Below are positions 53,360 through 64,000 of a stretch of 64,000 bases of DNA, in pieces. This stretch comes from Octopus sinensis. Lineage: Eukaryota. How positions within the stretch are numbered: the first letter of the stretch is position 1; each line of letters opens with the position of its first letter. The notes beneath the pieces are model-generated. The model had not been told where the DNA came from and did not search any database. It saw nothing but the letters and a program-made list of their open reading frames with translations. The position numbers were made by a program, and so were the translations under genes. The DNA lies in the NCBI RefSeq assembly GCF_006345805.1, contig NC_043005.1:48856001-48920000 (forward strand). Direction: 5' to 3'.

Positions 53360-53660
53360 TTTACATGTAAACTTACATTTATATAAGTATATATACATGT
53401 AATATACATCTGTATGTATACTGTTTTTTAATATAAACACATATAACATGCATATAATACAATATATATTTTATATTATATATATATATATATATCTATA
53501 TATATATGGCTAGATCCAAGTGTAGTATATATTATAATGGGTCCTTGGTTTTAAACATGAAGCCAAAAGGTTGCCATTTACATTGCCATATGCATACCGT
53601 ACTTATATACACACACGCATGCAGATGATATATATATATATATATATATAGATATATATA

Positions 53661-53703
<43 letters not shown>

Positions 53704-53727
53704 ATATATATATATATATATATATAA

Positions 53728-53769
<42 letters not shown>

Positions 53770-54412
53770 ACATATATATATATATATATATATATAACAC
53801 ACATATATAGATATGAATATGTATATACACGACACATATATATATATATATATTATATATAATTATAGATAAATATGAATGCATACGTTCTACATGCATG
53901 TAAGGTGACATTATTATTTTTGTTGTGAATTGAAACTAATATCTACAAACATGAGTTCTCTGTAGTTACTGCCAATCTTGCCTGTTGTATCAAATTGTTT
54001 TCCTCACACAATGTCTCACTGGATAATATCATCCATTCTTTATCTAAAGAGAAAATCATCTTCTGTGTAAAGAAAAAAAAAAAAGAAAATATCATCTGAA
54101 AATGCCCCAATTTCATCTCATATTCTTCCACTCAGAAGTTTGTTTAAAATGCCTTATTTAGTTCATAACTCCTTGCAGTCGTGTAATGCGATGTCTAACC
54201 TGGTGATATTTCTATACGCTGTTCTAGCTAGTCATTTGAAGTCATTCCATTGTAAATTTATATTGTCTGCATCAGATAAATATTTTATCCGTGTAGAAAC
54301 TTAGGAACAAAATCTTTAGGTAAAACACAAGTACATGTCAGTACAATAACTGAGCTGAGATGAGGGCAATGAAGATGACCAAATCAACAGGACATGAAGC
54401 TTGGCGCTTTAA

Positions 54413-54618
54413 CCCCCTGGCATTTAAACCAGCCATTTTCAGTCAAAATATTCTACCAATTTGATGTTCAAAGTGATCATATCCAGCCTCACACATCTAC
54501 CCTATGATGCCATTCTAAACACAAACAATCACATCATTGAAATTTTGACCCTGCAAGATAAACCATGATCAATTCAAATAAATATAACATTTGACAGAGT
54601 AATCTGAATTCTAAAGGG
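54413..54618. mobile_element. TTAA-flanked MITE (piggyBac-like), second family
   Basis: ttaa-ccc...ggg-ttaa ends (54409-12, 54619-22) with a degenerate TIR. Confidence 0.6.
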
Positions 54619-54842
54619 TTAATGGTATATAGTTTGATACTTCTGAATTATAATTCGAATCATTTTCCTGTCAGGTTTTTATCCTTCTAGGGTTGATAAA
54701 AAGCCAGCAATATGTTGTGGGTTAATTCAATCGTTTCTACCTCTACTTTTTAAAATATACAGATGTATATTATTAAACGTAAAATCTGTGTATGATTGTA
54801 TGTGTAAGGATTTCGTTCTTATATAATATATATATATACTTA

Positions 54843-54890
<48 letters not shown>

Positions 54891-55728
54891 TACACCTATT
54901 CATGTGTATAGATATACATATATATGTATGTACTTTACAAAGTTTTCTTGAATCTTAATTTTTCTATTGAAACAAAGATTTGTCTGAGAGCTATCTGTTA
55001 AATTATGGGCAGTAATTTGTTTAAAACTAGAGACATTATGAAAAATAACAATGAGAAAGGATTTTAGAACTGGCCAGTAGGAATACCATATCTAGAATTA
55101 TACTGAAATTTTATTATTATCAATCCAATAGACAAAGTTAAAAAGCATTTCTATTTTCTGTCTCTTAATATATTTCTCTATAGGGGAAATTATGATAAAC
55201 ACAAGTTTATATCATTAGTTCCCTACATACGTTTCACTGTTGTGGTTGCTCGGAACCACAATATTGGATGTTTCAAGTGTGGTTGGATGCTTAACTACAA
55301 TGGATCTTTGGGGGAACATTTTACTGCATTATGTTACAAAGGTCAAATGTTTCATATATTTTGCCTACATTTGCTTTGTATACCCTAACCAGTAGTACTA
55401 GCAAGCACAGTAGAAATCATACCACTTTACTGGAAGCAGACTGGATGATGGTAATCTGTATCAAACTCTCTGAACTCAACAATAGCAGTCATACATCCAA
55501 CAATACACACAAGATGTACTGTATTTCTGTATATCAATATTTGTACATTAAAACAGCTTGTATGGCATTCACAGCTACATAACATAAATGTGTCATTAAT
55601 TTTAAAAGACAAAATGCACATGTGAAAAGGAGAAAAGAAAGGAAGTACCATTTTTCTTTTACAACTCTTAATTAGAATTTGAGACACTTTCTCACCAAAG
55701 AATAATAATAATAATAGTAATAATAATG

Positions 55729-55773
<45 letters not shown>

Positions 55774-55917
55774 GTCTGGTGTGTTTAGTTTAATTGCCTA
55801 CCAATGTATACAGTGAGTTTCTCTGCCCTAGGAGTTGGGAAGACACTTGGCAAGAAATAGAAACAAAATTGAAAGAAGAAAAACCAATAGTAATAATAGT
55901 AGTAGTAGTAGTAGTAG

Positions 55918-55960
<43 letters not shown>

Positions 55961-56070
55961 TAATAATAATAATAAATGAATCTATTGTATACAGTGCTCA
56001 GGTGCACTATAATCAACAGATAAAGTAGCCAGAAGTGCATGAACAGTACAGAATATTTATTAAAAACAAA

Positions 56071-56282
56071 GGCGGCGAGCTGGCAGAAACATTGGCATGC
56101 CAAGTGAAATGCTTAGCAGTATTTCGTCTGTCTTTACATTCTGAGTTCAAATTGCACCGAGGTCGACTTTGCCTTTCATCCTTTTGGAGTCGATAAATGG
56201 AGTACTAGTTGCATACTGAGGACAATCTAATCGACAGGCTCCCCCACCCCAAAAATTTCAGGCCTTGTGCCTAGAGAAGAAA
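56071..56282 (+). mobile_element. Full-length SINE family B with a 21-bp target-site duplication
   Basis: agaatatttattaaaaacaaa at 56050-56070 and 56283-56303. Confidence 0.92.
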
Positions 56283-56961
56283 AGAATATTTATTAAAAAC
56301 AAATTTACTTATTTACAAAATCTTCAAATTTTCTTAGTGAAGTTGCTCTGGGCCCATAATCCAGAGGCCCATAGAGCGAAACTACTCTCTATTATGTAGT
56401 TATTAATTTTTAAATGCTTAAGGTGCTGCTCCAGCATGGCCACAGTTAAATGACTGAAGCAAGTAAAAGAATATTATGTATGTCTTATATGCAACAGGAT
56501 TTTTTTTTTTTTTTGTTAACACTATACATTATTTCATTTGCAATAGTTACCGTCTCAGAATGTCTTTTTTTCCTTCTTTGAATCCAAAGAAAGGTTTAAT
56601 CACAGTTACAGCATTGTTAATAGAAGGAATTATCCAAAGGTTATAATCAAGAATTTGGCATATGGAATCTCAAAGACTTAATCTTTGACAATTATGACAG
56701 AACTAAACAAATTTTTAAAAAAAAGAACCATTATTAATAGTTAGACGCAATCTCGACAAATCTATATTCATTTGAATGACATTAGGCTGAGATTAATTCA
56801 TTAATTATAAATAAAATTTTCAAAGTACCATTTTGATTTTATTTAGTTTTGTCTTATATCTTATTTTTTATATATTATTATTATTATTATTATTATTATT
56901 CCCCTACCTAATTTTATAATGTTACTTACATAACAATTGTTGCCATTATTAAGGGTGTATA

Positions 56962-58565
56962 AGGCAGCGAGCTGGCAGAATCATTAGCACACTGGACAAA
57001 ATGCTTAGCAGTATTTCGCCTGTTGCTATGTTCTGAGTTCAAATTCCTCCAAGGTCGATTTTGCCTTTCATCCTTTCAGGGGCGATAAATTAATTACCAG
57101 TTATACACTGGGGTCGATGTAATTGACTAGCCCCCTCCCCCCAATTTCAGGTCGTGTGCCTATAGTGGAATGGATTATTAAGGGTGTATAAGGTGGGCAA
57201 GCCAACAGAATCATTGGCATGCAGGGCAAAATGCTTAGCACCATTTCATGTCTTTACATTCTGAGTTCAAATTCCATTGAGGTCAACTTTGTCTTTCAGC
57301 CTTATGGGGTTGATAAAATAAGTACCAGCTGAGGACTGGGGATCGATGTAATTCAACTTATCCCCTCCCCCAAAGATTCTGGCCTTGTGTCAAAATTTGA
57401 AATCATTATTATTATTTTTCTTGGTTATAAATGATTTCCTTTATGTTTCATTGTCTTCCAAGGGTAGTGGATTAATTAAATTAGAAGAGCATTGAAAATT
57501 TAAAAAACTCCCAAAACAATGCCTAGTGATTTTATTGTTTTTTTAGTTAAGAGCTCTTTATGTCCTGAGTTCAAATCCTTTGTAAGTTATCTTTGACATT
57601 CATTCTTCAGGTTGGGCAGATTGATAAAATAAAATAAATACATTCCTTTTTACTTTGAATTCTGAGCCCTTGTGTCAATTATAGAAATTGTTAGTTCTTG
57701 TCTTCTACCATTATCAGAAGTTCCTTCTTCTAAAGTGCTGCCAGTATCATTAGCACACCAGACAAAATAATTGGCAGCATTTTTCCAGCTTTTTTACTTT
57801 CTGAGTTCAAATTCCACATACATCGACTTTGTCTGTCATCCTTTTGGGGTTAATAATATATGTACCAGTTGTGTACAGGTGTCAGTGTAAGCAACTTACC
57901 CCTCCCCAAAAATTGCTGGCCTAGAACCAAAATTTTAAACTATTATTATTATTTTTCTTGGTAATGAATGATTTCTTTCCAATTTTTCTCCTTTCTAAGT
58001 TCAAATTCCACAAACATCAACTTCACCCTGTCATCCCTCAATAATATAACTACCTTTCAAGCACTGGGGGTCATTGTAATCGACTTGTCCCCTTCCCTCA
58101 AATTTCAGGCAGTGTGCCTATAGTAGTAAAGATTATTATTATTAGTATGTGACAAAGGCAACAAGCTGACAGAATCATTAGCACGCCAGGTGACATGCTT
58201 AGTGGTATTTCATCTGTCATCATGTTCTGAGTTCAAATGCCACTGGGGTTGACTTTGCCTTTCATCCTTTCAGGGTCAATAAGCTAAGTACCAGTTACGC
58301 ACTGGGATCAATGTAATCGACTGGTCCCCTCCCCAAAAATGTCAGGCCTTGTGCCTATAGAAGAAAGGATTATTAGTATCTGACAAAATACTTTGCTGCA
58401 TTTCTGCTTGTTCTTTATCTTCTGAGTTCATATCCTATTAATGTCAACTTTGCATTTCATCCCTCCAAGGGTCAATAGAATAAATAAAGCATCTATCAGG
58501 GCTTGGAGTTGATTTCATCAAAGAATTTCTCCCACAAAATTGCTGGTTGTGTGCCTACTTTAGAG
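56962..58565 (+). mobile_element. Train of six or more same-orientation SINE family B copies
   Basis: Repeated cores at ~56962, 57191, 57745, 57990, 58157 and 58380. TSD-like flanks attattaagggtgtataa and attattagtat(g/c)tgacaaa. Confidence 0.85.
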
Positions 58566-58831
58566 ACGAACTTTTTATTTATCTATTTATCTATTTTTTT
58601 TCATTTATCATGTCATCATTATATATCCATCATCAACATCATCAGTGTTAATATTATTCCTTCAATATCAATCCCACTTCTCTTCTCCATAATGTTAGGT
58701 TAAAGAATTAAAGAATATGGCAAACAGCCCTATCATTAGAATACTCTGAAATAATAGGATGTACTTCTTCAAGGAGAATTCAAAGAAAAACCGAGCCATT
58801 ATGATTATTAAATTCAGTGGATATATATATA

Positions 58832-58890
<59 letters not shown>

Positions 58891-59235
58891 TCACATATAT
58901 ATCATATTTAATATATATTATATTATATATATATATATATTATATTTTAATATCTATAGATATAGGTATATATATTAGATATGCAAGTATGCATGTCTAT
59001 CTATGTATGTGTATATATATATATATCTATATCTCTATAATATTATATATATATATATATACACACATACACATACATATATACATACATATATATTTGT
59101 ATATGTATGTATATATATGTGTGTGTGTATAATATATAGATAATAGATATATATATACATATATTTACACATACATACAAACTAGCATTTTTTGTTTTTT
59201 TATATATACATACATATATATATATATATATATAG

Positions 59236-59278
<43 letters not shown>

Positions 59279-59931
59279 TGTAGGTATATATATTTGTATA
59301 TGTGTAAATAATCCTATACATGTACATATATTTATGTAAGCATATGTGTGAGTCTATACAGATATATACATATATACATATACACAAACACATATACATA
59401 TACATAGATGTATATACATAACCTGTGTATATAAAAAAAAATAATAAATTCCCAATTCCAAAATCTACATTTTCACTATGTTTCAATAAATAAGCCTGGT
59501 TTTTGAACTGTACTGCATGTGGTAAGAATAATGTTTGGGTGTGTTTTTTAAAATTTTTGATTATTTTATTTTGTTGTTGTTATTTTTGTTTTTGTTGTTC
59601 CTATGGTGTTTTTTCTTTATTAGTTAAATTTTTATTTTTTATTTATTTATTCATCTTTTATTTTATTTATTAATTTTTTTTTTTATAAAATCAGATACGA
59701 CATCATCTTACATACTTATATCATTATAAAAACATGCAGAGTTTCGAATTGCCAAGAAAAAGTGTCTCACTTTGGCCTGTAAATAATGGAAATGGAAGCT
59801 GAGAAAATATGTTTGTGTTAGAGAAGGGGAAGGAAAATCCATTATAACGATTTCTCCATGTGATATGAATCTCCAAAAATATTATTCATAATAACAATAA
59901 TAATAATAATTATAATAATAATAATAACGAC

Positions 59932-59988
<57 letters not shown>

Positions 59989-60016
59989 GACGATAATAAT
60001 AATAATAATAATAATA

Positions 60017-60052
<36 letters not shown>

Positions 60053-60181
60053 TAACAACAACAACAGCAACACATCATGTTTGACCTCTCTTTCTTTCCA
60101 CGACACATTCTTGTTCCATCTTGTGAAATATTCGAAACTTTCTGGACTTAACCTTCATCATCATTAATAATAATAATAATC

Positions 60182-60217
<36 letters not shown>

Positions 60218-60894
60218 GTAATAAGGGTAATAATAATAATGATAGCAGCAATAACAACAACAGTGGTAATAACAACAAAAACAACACAATGAGAATAATA
60301 ATAATTATAATTATTCACATAATTATTGTAACTATAATAATAACAGCAATAATAATAATAGTTGTTCTTATTACTATGATTATTATTATTATTATTTTTA
60401 TTATTTTTATTAATACTATAATGATGATGATGATAAAAACAATGCTCATGATAATAACAACAAAACCAATAATATTATTATTATAATAATATCGATAATA
60501 ATAATGATAGAGCAACAACATTTTTTTTTTAAATGATGATAATAACAATAATAATCATATAAATAATACATTTTCATATCGAACATTTTTTGTGGGGGTC
60601 AGTGTACAAATCGTGAAGTGTCTGTGTGTCTTCATTATATAACTTCTGTGATAGATAGAATAAGTGTTAACCTAAATTTAAAATAAAATTTGATTAAAAA
60701 AATCAAAAAAATTCCTTGTTTTTTCTTAATTGCTTACTTTTGTTTCTTTTATCTGTTTAACACATAACTCAGTACATTCTCTAGAAATACCATACATAAA
60801 TATATATATATATATACACACATTTATATATACCCATAAGTATATTTGTGTATATACACATATATATATATAATGAAAGACATATACTTATGGG

Positions 60895-60956
<62 letters not shown>

Positions 60957-60968
60957 TGTATATATGTG

Positions 60969-61005
<37 letters not shown>

Positions 61006-61269
61006 TTATATATACCCATAAGTGTATGTGTGTGTATATATATATATATACACATATACATTTATATATACCTATATACATACACATATACATTTATATA
61101 TACCTATATACATACACATATACATTTATATATACCTGTATATATATCATGTGACTGACCAGACAATTAGTAGTTGTTACACATTGCTGGTCTTTTGCAT
61201 TGTTTTAGCCAATGAACCAACTAGGCCAACACACTCTTTGATTTAAGGGGGACTGGAGCTACATGAAAT

Positions 61270-61420
61270 GAAATGGGTGTGTGGTGGAAGAAATTTTCTT
61301 CCCAGCCAGATGGTTCTGGGTTCAGTCCCACAATGTGGGACCTTGAACAAATGTCTTCTACTGTTGCCTTGGACCAACCAAAACTTTGTGAATGGATTTG
61401 AAAGAAGTCCTTCATCCATC

Positions 61421-61482
<62 letters not shown>

Positions 61483-61730
61483 TATTTTGTATATATGTTA
61501 TATGTGTGTGTCTGTGTTCTGGGTTTGTCTACCATCATTACCACTTGGCACCAGTTTTGGTGTGTTTACATCCCCATACCTTAGCAGTTCAGCAAAAGGG
61601 TCCAATAGAAAAAGTACATGGCTTAAAACAATAAAAGTACTAGAATTGATTAATTCAACTAAAATTTCTGAAAGCAGTGCTCCAGCATGACCACAGTCTG
61701 ATTCCTGAAACAAGTAAAAGAAAGGATAAA
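61270..61730 (+). mobile_element. SINE family A (older copy)
   Basis: tggttctgggttcagtcccaca..aaatgtcttctact..gtgctccagcatgaccacag..gaaacaagtaaaaga. Confidence 0.82.
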
Positions 61731-62113
61731 AGACATTATAATTTATACACTTATATGTGTGGTATGTGTGTATATGTATATTTACGGATATATTTATGTG
61801 CACCCTGTTGAGACAGCAAGAGATCAATCTAAATGAGCATCATCATCATACAAGTGGAGTTAATCATTGCCAATCTTCCATGAAAACATGTCTGGCCACG
61901 GGAAATTGTAGCCTTTCTTTGAAACAAGTGAGGGTTGGCAACAGGATAAGCATCCAGCTATATAAAACCTGACTCTACAATTTCCATCTAACCCATGCAA
62001 GTATGTAAAAGCTAAACAATCATAATGAAGAAGACAAGTTTAAGTTCAAATTCATTTGAGTACTATCATGTGCTTGCTGTAACTGCGCATACTCTGCTCT
62101 CACATATTGTCTA

Positions 62114-62146
<33 letters not shown>

Positions 62147-62271
62147 ATAATATATATATATATTATATACATATATATATATATACACATATATAATATA
62201 CATAACATATATATATATATAGATACCACACATATAATATATATATACATATATATATATATTATCATCAT

Positions 62272-62452
62272 CAATCATCATCATCGTTTAATGTCCGTTC
62301 TCCATGCTAGCATGGGTTGGACGGTTCGACCGGGATCTGGGAAGCAGAAGGCTGCACCAGGCTCCAGTCTTATCTGGCAATGTTTCTACAGCTGGATGCC
62401 CTTCCTAACGCCAACCACTCTGTGAGTGTAGTGGGTGCTTTTTACGTGCCAC
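62272..62452 (-). mobile_element. Family D element with (GAT)n tail
   Basis: Reverse complement of 63294-63433. Confidence 0.8.
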
Positions 62453-63046
62453 ATACAATATATATATATATATATATAGACTATACCATACATATATATA
62501 TATACATATATATATACACATATATTATATACATACATATATATATATACATACATATAATATAATATATATATGTATATATGGATATATGTAACTTATG
62601 TATATATTTTTATGTCTATATGTATATATATCACACACACAACACACACACACACACAACTCACACATACATGCATGTGTGTGTATGTGTGCTCTCAAAG
62701 CCACTCACCTGATGACATGCCAGTACACAACTGCTGCTGGATCATATTCATATAATATTTATATAATGATCTGTATAATATGGAAAACTAAACAATTAAC
62801 TGCTGCTACTAATGCAAAGAAACAATTGTTGTGGTTTGTGATTAAAGGAGATATGATGCCTGAGGAGCTATGAAACTATAAATTGCTATTAAAGAATATA
62901 TATATAAATAAATTAATGTAAAATGTATTAGAGATCTTTCGCAGCCTATCTTGAAAATCAGTTTTACAACTCGGTATTAGATAACCAGATATTATATATA
63001 TGCAAGTGAATATGTTTTCTGGCTTATGGATTCTTAGAGACGCATG

Positions 63047-63081
<35 letters not shown>

Positions 63082-63293
63082 ATGTGTGTACATGTGTACA
63101 TATATATATGCATATATCTTTGTGTGTGTGTATATATGTATGTATGTATGGATATATATATATATAAATATATATATCATAACATATGTTTCTGTACCTC
63201 ATACGTTCATTAGATAATAATTTTCCATATTCATAAGATTTTACTTAAGATTATTCTTAACTTTTATGCATTTGAAATTTTTTTCAACTTCAT

Positions 63294-63433
63294 TAGGAAG
63301 GGCATCCAGCTGTAGAAACATTGCCAGATTAGACTGGAGCCTGGTGCAGCCTTCTGGCTTCCCAGAACCCCGTCCTAACCCGTCCAACCCATGCTAGCAT
63401 GGGAACGGACGTTACGACATGATTTGATGATGA
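63294..63433 (+). mobile_element. Family D element with (GAT)n tail
   Basis: aggaagggcatccagctgtagaaac...aacccatgctagcatgggaacggacgtt..gatgatga. Confidence 0.8.
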
Positions 63434-63674
63434 GTTCAATGTGCTTCCTCAGGTGTCACATTCTTGTTTCTGCAATCCAGATCTACCAGCTTTAAGGACA
63501 TTCTATTAGATTACCCTAGAAGATGGAATTAACAGGTGGAAGCCGACAAAGAGAAGCAAGGATCTTTTACGAGTACATTCTGAGGGGTTTTTTCTCAAAC
63601 AAAACTTAATGGATATATACATATATATATATATATATCCATGAGTTTGTGTGTGTGTGTGTGTGTGTGAGCAG

Positions 63675-63708
<34 letters not shown>

Positions 63709-64000
63709 GTGTGTAAATATGCATGCATGAACAGTTAAATTAAAAATTAAGAACAAACTCCTGGTGACTTTAGATTTTAAGGCAATGATGAATTTTATTA
63801 TTGTAATCATAATATCCATTTTTATTATCTGACAGTACAGTACATCATGACCACAACGGCTTTGAAAATCAATTTCGTCCATTATATTCCTCCCCTTCCT
63901 CTTCCTCCTTCTCCGCCTCCTTTTCATCACCATCTACATCATCATCATTATCATCAGCATAATCATCCTTCTCCTCTTCCTCCTCACCCCCATCCTCATC

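Noticed and set aside
912-63933. Numerous 60-220 aa ORFs rich in YI, CV, HT, II or NN
   Set aside because: They are translations of (TA)n, (TG)n, (TATG)n and (AAT)n microsatellites with no domain content.

Overview
AT-rich, microsatellite- and transposon-dense animal DNA, most likely Octopus (inferred from the repeat content). It holds one convincing protein-coding gene, a + strand hunchback (hb) orthologue with three coding exons (10364/10413-11850, 29290-29519, 31376-34327; about 1539 aa from ATG 10413). The protein has nine C2H2 fingers (2 N-terminal, 4 central, 1 extra, 2 C-terminal), and both introns fall inside a finger. Most other ORFs in the supplied track are microsatellite artefacts. 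The rest of the window contains several SINE families, RTE and CR1-type LINE remnants, an internally deleted mariner, TTAA MITEs and a Penelope GIY-YIG remnant. Highlights: (1) a tRNA-headed element ending in a minimal hammerhead ribozyme and bracketed by a 45-bp inverted repeat, with several other asymmetric fold-backs of Penelope-like architecture; (2) a ~360-aa periodic His/Arg/Asp repeat in the Hb N-terminus; (3) a candidate in-frame alternative first exon in intron 1; (4) a 10-nt lin-4/miR-125 match inside a 3'UTR hairpin. All calls were made by eye with no database searches.
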